From the NCBI RefSeq assembly GCF_963921235.1, contig NC_086108.1, positions 83,764,001 through 83,828,000 of the forward strand: 64,000 nt of DNA, read 5' to 3'. Each line of letters starts with the position of its first letter. Positions within the stretch are counted from its first letter, which is position 1. This DNA comes from Mobula hypostoma (taxonomy: Eukaryota). Below, in pieces: positions 12,462 through 24,811 of this stretch. Under the pieces are notes generated by a model that had not been told where the DNA came from, did not search any database, and saw only the letters and a list, made by a program, of their open reading frames with translations. The position numbers were made by a program, and so were the translations under genes.

Positions 12462-13415
12462 CCATAAGGCCATAAGTCATAGGAGCAGAATTAGGCCAAT
12501 CAGGCAATCAAGTCTATTCCACCATTCCATCGTGGCTGACTTACTATCCCTCTCAACCTCATTCACCTGCCTTCTCCCTGTAACCTTTGACATCCTTACA
12601 AATCTACCTACGGTTAACTGTGAACCTCCGATTTAAATATACCCAATGATTTGGCCTCTACAGTTTCAGTCTGGCCTCTACAATTCCACAGATTCATCAC
12701 ACTCTGGCTAAAGAAATTCCTCTTCACCTCTGTTCTAAAGGGACGTTCTTGTTTTGTGAGGCTGTGCCCTCTGTCCCCCACTATAGAAAGTAATTCAGCC
12801 CTCATGCTATACAGACATGCCACTTGACTTTCTAATTAAAGTTCAAAGTAAATGTTCGGCCCTTCGAGCCTGCACCGCCATTCAGTATGATCATGGCTGA
12901 TCATCCAACTCAGAACCCTGTACCTGCCTTCCCTCCATACTCCCTGATCCCTTTAGCCACAAGGTCCGTATCTAACTCCCTCTTAAGTAAAGCCAATGAA
13001 CTGGCCTCAACTGTTTCCTGTGGCAGAAATTCCACAGATTCACCACTCTCTGTGTGAAGAAGTTTTTCCTCATCTCAGTCTTAAAAGGCTTCCCCTTTAT
13101 CCTTAAACTGTGACTCCCTCATTCTGGATTTCCCCAACATCAGGAACAATCTTCCTGCATCTAGCCTGTCCAATCCCTTTAGGATTTTATACTTTTCAAT
13201 AAGATCCCCCCTCAATCTTCTAAATTTCAATGAGTTTCAGCCTAGTCGATCCAGTCTTTCATCATATGAAAGTCCTGCCATCCCAGGAATTAATCTGGTG
13301 AACCTTCTTTGTACTCCCTCTATGGCAAGAATGTCTTTCCTCAGATTCGGGGACCAAAACTGCACACAATACTCCAGGTGTGGTCTCACTAAGGCCTTGT
13401 ACAACTGCAGTAGTA
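12462..13415 (-). mobile_element. Two CR1 3' fragments: older copy about 12462-12790 and family A copy about 12855-13415
   Basis: ORFs 12614-12823 and 13237-13464 (LYKALVRPHLEYCVQFWSP); the second is nearly identical to 861-2316. Confidence 0.85.
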
Positions 13416-13529
13416 TTTCCAATTTTATTTCCAATCCCCATTTCCATTGGAGATTTGGTGGCAACTAATCAGTCAAGGTCATTTTACTCGCCCACAATGA
13501 TAAATTATTCCCAAATTTAGCTCAGTCAT

Positions 13530-14822
13530 CACTCAAAGGAACTGAGACTGGGCCATGAGGTATCTCTTGAAGATAAGATAATGGAGAATCCTAAAAGATT
13601 CTTTAGGTATATTACGAGTAAAGGTTAAGTCGAATAAGACTAGGTCCTATTAGGATCACTCTGGTAATATGCAGTGATTTTGTATCCTTGTATCCACAGG
13701 TGACATCCTGAAAGATTAAAGAAAAGCTCCTATTGGACTATCATTTCAGAATGGTAACAGGACAAACCAGAGAATTACAGGCTAGTGAGCCATATGTTGG
13801 TGGTGGGCAGGGTATTGGAAGGGACTCTGAGGGACGAGATTTATTTGCATTTGAACAGCAAAGACTAACTAAGGACAAGCAGCATTTGTGTGTCTCAAAA
13901 ATTCAATTGAGTTATTGAAGAGGTGACCAAGAGGACTGACATGGACAATGGTAATTATTGCCAGATGAATTTAACAAGACATTTTACAAGGTCCTACATG
14001 GAAGTCTGGTCCACGGTGAGCCAGCTAATTGAATACAAAATTGGCTTGGTAGTAAAAGGTGGTGACAGGGTTTTTTTCTCAGATTGGAGGCTCAGCCTGT
14101 GGTATGCCACAGAAATTGATACTGGGTTCTCTTTTGTTTGACAAATATATTTATGATTTGGATGAGTATGTAGGTGGCACAATTAGTTAAGTTTGCAGAT
14201 GCCACCAAATGGACATGAAGAAGGCAGGCTAAGACTATGACTGTTATAGATCTACTGGGAAAGTGAACAAGGGAATTGCAGATGGAATTGAACTCAGACA
14301 AGTGTGAAGCAGTGCATTTTGGGAAGTTAAACCAAGCCAGCACATAAACAGTGAATAGAAATGTCACATTACACGAAATACGTGATTAGGCTAGAGAGAG
14401 TACAGAAAATATTCATGAATATGTTGGTCAGATTGATTTATAGAGACTAAGTAAGCTGGTTCAGTTTTCCCTGGAGGCTGAGAAGTGACAGGATAAAAAT
14501 TATAAAAGGCATAGGAATGTAAGTTGGCCTGAGACTGTTTCTCATGGTAGGAGTGCCTGAAACTACAGGATGTAGATTTAAGGTGAAATTGAGGAGTTTG
14601 AAAGGGGATCTCAGGGGTTAAGTTTTCACATAAACAGTAGCTGGTATCTAGAATGAGTTGCCAGAGGACGTGGTAGAGATAGGAGGCATCAATATAGGCA
14701 CCTGAATGAACAGGGCAAGGAGGAATTAATTCAAGTTAATGGAATTACCATAGTTAGGCATGTGGGTCAACAGAAACACAGTGATTGAAAGGACTCCTTC
14801 GACGCTGTACAATTCTGTGACT
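13530..14822 (+). mobile_element. Highly decayed CR1 LINE
   Basis: Remnants ENPKRFFRY, KFADATK and DKCEAVHFG; ends in ATTCTGTGACTC. Confidence 0.7.
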
Positions 14823-16429
14823 CGATGTGTCAGCTCTGACTCAGTTGGTAGCTCTCTGGTCTCTGAGTCGGAGGATTGTGCATTTGAGGCAAATATAAAA
14901 GTATAGATTGAAACTTTTGTTCATAACTACACCATAAGCCATAGGAGCAGAGTTAGGCCATCTGGCCCATTGAGTCTGTTCCGCCATTCAACCATGGCTG
15001 ATCTTTTTTTTATCACCTCCTCAACCCCTGAGAAGATGTTTGAGCCATCACTTTCATTATTATTCAAATGAAATGGTAAAGTGAAACACAGACTGTGAAT
15101 AAGAACTTAAGAAATGATGGCAGGAGTCAACCGCACTGCCCTTTGATTCTGTCCTGGCTTGAACAAGATCATAACTGATCAGATCATGGGCGCAATTCAA
15201 ATTTCCCACCAGCTTCACAAAGCCCTTGAGTGTACTGTGATTGGGAAAAGTATCTGTCTTTGTCATGACAAGGTGGACAATGAAATACATGCTGCTTACA
15301 CCAACAAATGATCTGCTGGAGGAACTCAGCAGGTCTAGCAGCATCCGTTGGGTCTTTAACTGGGTCTTAAATCCGTTCTTTTTTAACTGGACATGAAAAG
15401 ACAAGAAATAGAACCAGGAGTAGTCCAATGCTGCTCCATCATTCAGTAAGATCATGACCAATCTTTTACCGCAGAACCACTTTCCTGCCAATCCCTGTAT
15501 CTCTTCAATACCTTCATATCTAAACACCACACTGAATATACTGAGTTATTAAAACTTAAAACCCTCTTGCATAGAGAATTCCGAGGTTTCCCTATTTGTG
15601 GGTGAAGGAATTTCTCCTCATCTCTATTCTGAATTGGTTGCTTAATTTGAGGGAGCCAAGGTGAGGCAAACACAAACTAGAGGGGCAGCACCTAATATAC
15701 TCACTGGATAGTCTACAACCAATGGCATGAACTTCGAATGTTCCAGTTTCAGGTAAACCACATCCTTCTGTTCCCTTCTTTCTCCTTCTGATCCATCCAT
15801 GACTTCTCACACATACCATCCTTTCCAAAACCCCATCAGCCGCTGTTACCTAGTTACTTTTCTCCCTCTCTCATCTGGCTACATTTGCCCATCATCCACT
15901 CACTCCACCCCCTTGGTGCCCTGTACCCTCCCCCCATTATCCTCATCCGCCCAACACCCATCCCTTATCTGGATCCTCTCATCACCTCCCTTTTCTATCA
16001 GATTCCATAATAGCATTGTAGTCATACAGCATGACAGCACAGAAACATACCCTTTGGCCCATCTAGTCTGCATGACCTGATCTTCTGCCTAGTTGTTCAG
16101 CTGAACCAGAGACCTCCATCCTGTCCTCACTTTCTCATCCTTGCACAGCACCTAGCCAAACCTCTCCTAAATGTTACAATTGCATCTGCATCTACTCCTT
16201 CCCCTGGCAACTTGTTCCACAATTGCACTACCTTCAGAGTGAAGAAGCTCCTCTTCAGATTCTTCTTAAATATTTTACCTTTCACCTTGAACCTATGACC
16301 TCTAGTTCTAGTGTCATCCAACCTGAGATTAAAAAGCCTGTATGCATTCTCCCTATCTATGGTCCTCATAATTATATATCCCTGTATAAGATCTCCCCTC
16401 ATTCTTCTGTACTTCATATTCCTTAAGAT

Positions 16430-17012
16430 TGTTATAGCCGGGGGTGTTAATGGGGACAAGCCCCCGCTACATATTAAATGCTCCCAATGTCGTGAGCCTC
16501 AAGTAGCCTCTGACAACCAAGTCCAGCTCCTGGCCTTCTTGAGTGGCTTAGCTACTAAGCCCAGCGGAACCATTTCGACTGACAGGAGAAGGGGCAAAGG
16601 CAGGTTTCTGGTGCCTTAAAACTAGTCGCTTCGGGCAGATGGGGCTTATCAGCCATGGTTGGCAGCTTATCTAGGAGAAGGAAAACTATAAATTCAAACC
16701 TCTGCTGCCTTGCAGCTATGCCCACTCATGGGAAAGGCTTCGGGAATAGACCCCAAGGGAAAAATCCAGAGCTGGAGTCCCTAAGGCAGTCCTACATTGA
16801 GTTCAATGCTGACTGGCAACTCCTGCAATTCTGCTGGTACCGAACTGTATCGGTCTCTGCCATTCCTTTGGGTTCATCAGATGCATTGAGAAGGGGAGCT
16901 TGCTACATGGGCAACAGTTTGTTCTCCATATCATTCTGCCCAGGCTTGTGTATCTAGACAGCTGGGATGCAATATCCGTGGTCAACTCTGACTGACAGAG
17001 GCCCTCACCTCA
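16430..17012 (+). mobile_element. Non-coding interspersed element, probably RTE-related and non-autonomous, inserted in CR1
   Basis: Sharp boundaries inside a CR1, no credible ORF and a (CCTCA)n-like tail; recalled resemblance to RTE 5' UTR elements. Confidence 0.45.
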
Positions 17013-17191
17013 CCTGTAATAAAGTCCTAACCTATTCAGCCTTTCTATATAACTCAATTCTTCAAGTCCTGGCAACATCTTTGTAAATTTTCTCTGCAAT
17101 ATTTCTAGCTTTGACAGCTTTCCTGTAGGTAGGTGGCCAGAAATGCATGTAATACTCCAGATTGTATACATTTCCAGTCACCTGCCAGATG

Positions 17192-17485
17192 ATTTATTTA
17201 TTTAGAGATATGGCGCAGAATAGGCCTTTTGCCCCTTTGAACCACACCGCCCAGCAACTCCTGACAACCCCACTTTAACCCTAACCCAATCATGGGACAA
17301 TTTATAATGACCAATCAACCTACCCTGTAGGCCTTTCAACAGTGGGAAGAAACCAGAGCACCTGGAGAAAACTCGCACGTTCCACGGGGGGCACGTACAG
17401 AGACTCCTTACAGAGGATGCTGGAATTGAACTTTGAACTCCGAACCCTGAAGCTGTAATATCCGCTACGCCACTGTGACACCCAG
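17192..17485 (-). mobile_element. tRNA-derived V-SINE/HE1-like SINE
   Basis: Minus strand: GTTCAATTCC B-box-like motif, core TTTTCTCCAGGTGCTCTGGTTTCTTCCCAC and an (AAAT)n tail. A second copy is at 62650-62945. Confidence 0.7.
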
Positions 17486-18649
17486 GTTAAACTGGTGTCG
17501 AATCCAATTAACTACTTCATGCTGAATGCCAGCGACTTAACATTCTGGACAAGCCTCTCGTGGGATTTGGTCAAAGGCCTTGCTAAAGTCCATGTAGACA
17601 ATGTCCACCACCTTTTTTTCAACAACCTTCCTTGTAACCTCCTAGAATAGCTCTATAAGATTGGTTAGATATGACCTACCATGCACAAAGCTAATCAATA
17701 TCAGGACCTATCTATCTAAATACATATTTATACTGTCTCTTAGAATACATTCTAATAATTTACCCACAACTGATATCATGCTCACCAGCCTATAATTTCT
17801 TGGCTTATTCTTAGAGCCTTTCTTGAACAACGGGACAACATTAACTATCCTCTGGCACCTCACTCCAACTAAGGATGTCTAAAAATATCTTTTCCTAGGG
17901 CCCCTGAAATTTTTGCACGAGCCTCCCACAAGGTCAGAGGGGACATTTTGTCAGGTCTAGGGGACGTATCCAGCATAACTTTTCTCAAGACTGCTATCTT
18001 CTGTAATCCAGTCCATGACCTCACCACTCTTTTGCTTCAGGTCTGTAGCCTCTGTGTCTGCCTCCTGGGTAAATACAGATGCAAGATTTCATTTAAAGTC
18101 TCTCCCATCTCTTACAGCTCAATGCATGGATGACCATGCAGATCTACAAGAGGACAAATTTTGCCCCTCGCTTTCTTTTGCTCTTAATATATCAATAGAA
18201 GCTCTTGGGATTCTCTTTCACTTTATACACCAGAGCAAACTAATGTCCTCTTTTAGCCCTCCTGATTTCTCTCTTAAGTGTTTCCTTTCATTTCTTATAC
18301 TCCTCGAGTGTCTCATTTGATCCTGATTGCCTATAACTCCTTTTTCTTTACCAGGACCAAAATATGCCTCGATAACTAAGGTTCCCTAAACCTGTTAGCC
18401 TTGCCTTTTATTCTGTACTCTCAATATTTCACCTTTAAATCTGCAGTCCTTTGTTGCCTCTATCACTTCCTGGCCTCTGTCACAATCTCCACCCATTCAT
18501 GCTTCACCTGGCTCTATCTGCCCATCAAAGTTTCCTTAGTTGGAAACAAACCTATTGTTTGCCAGCTCCTGCTTGACCCTCAACCCCACTCCCTACCTCT
18601 TTATATGGGATAGCTTCCTTTTACACTCTCAATCCCAATGCAGAGTCTC

Positions 18650-19135
18650 AACACTCAGGTTGGAGGAACAACACCTTATATTCCGTCTGGGTAGCCTCCA
18701 ACCTGATGGCATGAACATTGACTTCTCTAACTTCTGCTAGGCCCCACCTCCCCCTCGTACCCCATCTGTTACTCATTTTTATGCACACATTCTTTCTCTC
18801 ACTCTCCTTTTTCTCCCTCTGTCCCTCTGAATATACCTCTTGCCCATCCTCTGGGTCACCCCCCGCCCCTGTCTTTCTTCCCGGACCTCCTGTCCCATGA
18901 TCCTCTCGTATCCCCTTTTGCCTATCACCTGTCCAGCTCTCGGCTCTATCCCTCCCCCTCCTGTCTTCTCCTATCATTTTGCATCTCCCCCTCCCCCTCC
19001 AGCTTTCAAATCCCTTACTCACTCTTCCTTCAGTTAGTCCTGACGAAGGGTCTCGGCCTGAAACGTCAACTGTACCTCTTCCTATAGATGCTGCTTGGCC
19101 TGCTGCGTTCACCAGCAACTTTGATGTGTGTTGCT
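18650..19135 (+). mobile_element. Young Penelope-like 3' fragment nested in an older Penelope terminal repeat (about 18420-19205)
   Basis: RLEEQHLIFRLGSLQPDGMNIDFSNF end of the GIY-YIG domain plus terminal repeat with hammerhead core at 19036-19071; the older repeat resumes after 19135. Confidence 0.85.
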
Positions 19136-20982
19136 AAAGTGCTGACTATTGTTTTGCCTCCACAGTCGCTTCCTGGCCCACAAAGCTCTTCCAGCAGTTT
19201 GCTTTTTGGATTTTATTTCTTATTTTATTTCATTCAAGTCCTCTTGCCTTCCTTCTCCATAATTGAGGGGTAAATTTAATGGCAAAATTATTCAAGCATT
19301 GTTAAGGCATAACAGATAGTAATCTAGAAAATAGGATTACAGTGTAGTTCAACATTGCAATCTTCTCAAACTGCATATTGTGATAAAGTAGTGTAGCCCC
19401 CTCACCGGGCTCATCAGCCAGCTCTGCTAACAGCCACGTGACTCAGCTGTGAAATGGCCACCTTTCAGAAACAATATTATGTCTAGGGTTGGCATGATTT
19501 GGAGGTCATCCAAACAGGAATGTCTTGATGTTCTGATAAAAGAAACCTTGAATGCTGTGTAAGTATGGCCCATACACAGTTATTGGGTGGCAAGAAATAA
19601 CAGATTGTACACCACATAAAATTATAAAGGAAGAATATTTATTAATTTCAGCTTTATCAAACAGCTATTAAGAGAAAGAAAAGAAGGAAAAAATAAAAGG
19701 GTTTATAGTTAAACCAGTGGAAATGTGCACACAGCATTGGAGCTTGTATCTTCCAAAACTGGGTATTTGGGGGTATACCTCCTACTCAAGGGCCAGATCC
19801 TTGGTCTGCGTGAAAATACCCGCCACCTTTTCAAACTCCCCTTGAAGACCATCTCAAGCAAATTAGCTCTCTCTCTCATGAGTATTGCCCTTCCTCCTTG
19901 CAATTCCTGCAACTGAGTCTCTCCTTCCCATGCCATTCTGAGGCATCTTCCCTCCTGTCCTCTCTGCAGCTCCCACCAAAAGACCCCAAACCAGACTGCT
20001 GTCCATCACAAATCCCTGTCCACCCCACTCTCCCTAGAACTTTCTCCCAGTTCCACCATCCTGATTGGCTAACACACCATTCCTAAGTTGAACAGCAGGG
20101 ATTCTTATATTTAGCCAAAACCAAAATACTCTACCAACAGGACACACTGCTTTTGCAGAAAATGCTAAAACGAAATATCTACAGCTTAGCAGTAGAAATC
20201 TTAACCAGGACATTATAATAGGAAAAACAATTTTTCTTTCAACATCTATTCTTTCTTTCTCATAAACTTGCTATTTATACTGTAATTGTTCGATTGTACA
20301 ATGTGGCTGATATATGAAAAGCATTGGCTGTTTAATTGATATCTTTTTGAGAAGATGGTCTGAACCCAAGCCTACTCTGCAGAAATTGGTACAGTTTTGT
20401 TGCTGTCAGAAATTGGGGTAAAATCTGATGATGATCTGAAGGATGACAATGGTGGCCAGAGAAATGTTTCAGGTCAAAGATGTTTCCATCAGATATCTGA
20501 AATTGTGATAGAAGTTCATTGATCCAAAGTGCTAATTCTGTGTCTTTCTCTATAGTCTGAAAATCCATGGGCGAGGACTGGAATCGCTGAAGTTCTGGAG
20601 TCAGACAACACACGCAAAATGCTGGAGGAACTCAGCAGGCCAGGCAGCATCTAGGGAGGGGAATACGTAGTTGATGTTTTGGGCTGAGACCCTTCTTCAG
20701 GACTCAGAGGTCAGTCTTGATGTGTGAGTGGGTGGAGTGTGGTGAGTAGGACGAATGTGAAATAGGCTTGTTTTGCAGTTGTTATCTTCCTGCTATTTTT
20801 GTTGTTGTTGTTGCTAGTCTGTAGTTCTGTGAAACATTGTGGGTATGTTATGTTGCCACAGGAAGTGTGATAACACTTGCTGACTGCCCCCAGAACATAT
20901 TTGGGTGTGCTGGTTGTTAATGCAAACAACAGATTTCACTATTTGTAAATGTGATAAATAAATCTGAATCTGAATATGAACT

Positions 20983-23645
20983 TGTAGTGCAATATTTAAG
21001 TAATATTTGATTAATCATGAATATATGTTTATTTGCTGATTAAGCATTCTTGTTCATTTAAATAATTCGTTATGAGTTATACGCATAAATAGGTGAATTG
21101 CATACATCATTACATTACCACGTGATACTTATGTGTTTTGTTTAAAGTAAACTCGAAGTTAGACTCATGTTTCGGACTTTTGTGTCTTCCTTTGAATTTG
21201 TTTTGATGTTTTGAAGTTACAAAAAGTAACAGTGGTGACCAGGTATTTTAAAAATGAACCTGAGGTAGCTGTTGACCTGCTGAAGTGCAACAAAATGTCT
21301 GAGTTCAAAGAAAAGAGTAGTGAGGAACAACGGGTGAAAAAACAAACCTAGCATGTGCAGATTCTGTCAAGTTAAAAAAAAAGGCAGTAAGTGGAAGAAT
21401 TCATGGGTTCAGAATGAGTGAGTACAGGAAAGTGATAATAATAATATTTTAAAAAGCAGAATTGGCTGGCTATTTCGGAAAGTTTGATGAATTTGATTAC
21501 ACAGTGAGTAACTGGCTCATATATACTGAGCTAATTCAATAATACTTTGATACAAATGAAATAGCCAATGAGAAATGAGTACCTATTTTGCTGAGTGCAT
21601 TGGGTTTAAAGGCACAGTTTGCTTTAAAGTTTAACTGCTCCAACCAAACCAGCTGAAATGATTTTTACTGAAATTGTCAAAGTAGTGCAGGAATATTTAG
21701 AAGTGAAGCCATTATTGATTGCAGAATGCTCTATGTTTCATAAATGGATTCAAAAAGAAGGGGTGTCCATTTCAACGTATGTGTCTGAATTGATGAGATT
21801 GTCTGAGCATTGACAGTTTGGCGATGAGCTTAATGATGCTCTGAGAAATCATTTAATTTGTGGAACCTTACAAGGAAGCATTCAAAAATGTCAGCTAACT
21901 GAAGCACAACCTACATTTAAAAGAGCAGTTGAAGTTGCTTTATCAATGGAAACAGCAGACAGAGACACAATTAAGCTGTAGTCAGGGATGTATTTGTTAA
22001 GTTGTAGTTGTAGTGAGTGTGAACAACATTACCAAGTATACAGAAACTAGCACGAATGAAAAAATTGTTTTAAGTTTGTTGGCAGGGGATCATATACACC
22101 AGTTCAATGCAGATTTAAAGACGAAATTTGCAGAAAACCCACAAAGTAGGACACATACGAAGAGCCTATCAGTTGGACGAAAATAAGTGGTCTGCTCAGG
22201 GAAGAGAAAAAGCTAAAATGTCAAGTTGCCGTCTCAAATAGAGCACTAATCTGCACACTGTTGATGACAATTCCGATAATGATGAGAGTGACGTGGGACT
22301 GTGTAGCCTTGACATTTACCGTGTGAAAATTAATAATAGACAAGCAATATTGCTGACACCAGAAGTGAATGGGAAATTAATTAACAAAGAATTGGATTCT
22401 GGTTCAGCTGTTTCAGTCATTTCACAAAATGAATTTGAATGGTACTTCAAAGATATTGAACTGAGGCCTACAGATATCCAACCAAGAACTTATACTGGAG
22501 AAAGGATAACTCCTTTGGGAATGATCTTCATAACAGTAAAACATAACAACCAACTAGCCACATCAGGCTCGTAAGTAATAAAACCACAAGGACCTGCATC
22601 GTGGGGATTTGATTGGCTGAGATAACTACAACTTAATTGGAGATCCATCCACCATTTGCATGCCACATCCCCTGCAATGAAACCAACCGAAAGTGAATTA
22701 AGAAAGGTATTGGATGATGCCATAACTGTCCCAATGCCGAACACCCTGAATCATTGCCCCACAGAGGGCAAATAGGTGTTGGTGCCAAACTCTGTGCTTC
22801 TGGTTGGAAAGCATATTGGACCAAGAAAGGACCAGGTTGCTCAGAGGAAGCATGAAAAGTGATGAAAGCAGTGGTCTGACTACAATAGTTTTTTACTTGT
22901 GCAGTGTGGCTTGTTTTTAAATTGGAAGAGAATTTCATGAGCTTCAGGAAAGCTGCAAGCATCCTGCTTTTGTGAATATAAGGAACGAGAATCTACTCTG
23001 CGTGCATAAAGGTTAGTGCACGAACTTCACGTGGGAGACAAAAAGCTGTTTGTAGATGCAATTACCAAAGCCTATTTAGATGAATGGAAGGCCTTAAAGA
23101 AAGGAATGAAAAGAACTACAAAAACAGAGGTTTTGTCAGATGATGTTGTGGATGAGGAAATCAAGAGGAGAGATCAGATTGTAAAGGGAGCAATAGAAGG
23201 ATTAATAAGAGAACACGCCAGTGAACAAAATGCATCTTCCCAAGATCAAGATGCAAAATCTAGATGAATAAGTAGGGAGAAGAAGGAGAATAAAGTTGGC
23301 TAGCACGATCCTGAGATTACTTCCTGCAATCTCAGAGTCAATACCGAAAACCACCACGGAGGAGGCCCCTGAACCTGGGATTGTTTTCGCAGCCACAAGC
23401 CTCACTTAACAAGTAGAGTGATCCCCTTTGTCAGTAATGAAGTTATCTCACAAGAGTGAGAAATCCTCCCTCAGTGATTAAATCTTTAGGCGTGAATGGA
23501 ACAATTTAAAATTTATTGTGCTGTGGACATCTGTACGTGATATGTGTACACTTCTCTTAAAGTAAGCTCAAAGTTAAATTCACATTTCGGTCTTCCATGC
23601 CTTCCTTTGAATTAGCTCAATGTTTTAAAGTTACAAAACATAACA
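20983..23645 (+). mobile_element. Internally deleted Gypsy/Ty3 LTR retrotransposon
   Basis: 5' LTR TG...CA at 20983-21231; PBS-like TGGTGACCAGG; decayed gag from about 21460; protease-like ELDSGSAVSVI (ORF 22293-22574); partial 3' LTR about 23535-23645; flanks GAACT and GGACT (4/5 TSD). Confidence 0.88.
22730..23317 (+). pseudogene. Decayed coding fragment of unknown origin replacing pol inside the Gypsy element
   Basis: Not colinear with the two sister Gypsy copies. 83-aa ORF 23016-23267 plus an upstream frame broken by stops; AATAAA about 20 nt after the stop. Confidence 0.55.
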
Positions 23646-24811
23646 GGACTGCTGAGTGTTTTCAACATTATTGGTTTTATTTCAAGTTTACAGCACCTGT
23701 GAACGTTTTTTGAATCATTGATGATTTACTGCTGAAAAAAATAAGCATTGCATTAAAGTTGTAAAACATAGCCTCAAAGGAATATTCATAGTATTTGATA
23801 GGCCTCTTCATTATTAATTCTTATTTCCAGTCTTAGATAAAGTGGTTTATAGATTTCCTCTGTAAAGTAACAATGTAAACCAAAAAAGAAATTGTAAGTT
23901 GGAGCCTTGTCTTGAAGTGGGTAAGAGGCCCACACCTGAACATATAATCGAGATGCAGTCATTGGGTTCATCTAAAACAAAGATAGGTAGTTTTCTGATA
24001 TTAAGGGAATTGAGAGCAGAAAATGGCACTGAGATGAAAAAAAATAAGCCATGATCTTGATACATGGCAAAAAAAGAAAGTTCAGAGGGCTAAGTGGCCT
24101 ACTCTTAATCCTGTCTCCCAAGCTGTTATGAGTGTGGTTAAGTGTAGTTCTGAGACACTGCTGTTCTGTTACCAATGGCGATGGCAAAAACAGGTGTGAT
24201 TCATCAAAATGTAGATCAACAAGCTTTAAGTATCCAACCATTTAAATACCTAATCTACCTTAGCTCCCATTCTTCCAGTTTTAACTGAGGTGAGATGGAG
24301 AGGTGGGTAAACAGTCCATTCTCTGGAGGTGGAAAATAACTTTTATGAATATTGTCTGGGTCTACTTCTGCAAACTTTTTAATTCTTACTTTATATCAAC
24401 CAGAATTCCAAGTTTTGGAAAATCCACTGGGTCAAAGAAAGCTGAATTTACAAAGTGAGTTTATTTAAAATATTGTTTGTATGGAAATGGGAAGTACTCC
24501 TTCCCATCTCAATAACTAATCTATAAAGCATAGAAAGTGGCTAATCACTGACTCCCTCCATTATCCCCTCCCCAATCTCCAAATCTTTCCACAAACATTC
24601 CCTCAGACCCATGATTATTGAATCTTCATAATCATCAAAATCACTCCCATTTGCCTCTTAGCCCTTCAAGACTTCCAGTTTCACAATCTGCTCCCCAGAT
24701 CTACAGTCACTGATCAGCCATATCTTGCTTTCTGCATTCCAATGACCAAAACTACACTGATAAGCACTTTCCAAACAATTTATGTGTTCTTCAAAATTAT
24801 ACAATACACAA

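Larger units (their letters stand above)
16020..18400 (-). mobile_element. Decayed CR1 LINE with nested insertions at about 16430-17012 and 17192-17485
   Basis: Minus ORF 16127-16459 (RRMRGDLI...TRTRGHRFKV); CR1-like sequence continues after each insertion. Confidence 0.7.

Noticed and set aside
16490..16570. Possible HDV-like ribozyme
   Set aside because: Only partial complementarity is present; the nested double pseudoknot could not be assembled.
18648..19118. Recurrent ORFs beginning MLVNAAGQAAS (also 29450, 30042, 55965, 63647)
   Set aside because: These are antisense translations of the Penelope terminal repeat, not a gene family.
19557..20218. Possible solo LTR
   Set aside because: Composition is LTR-like, but termini and TSD could not be fixed from this window.
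23786..23858. Strong minus-strand acceptor followed by EEIYKPLYLRLEIRINNEEAYQIL*
   Set aside because: There is no donor or homology support; it is plausible by chance in AT-rich DNA.
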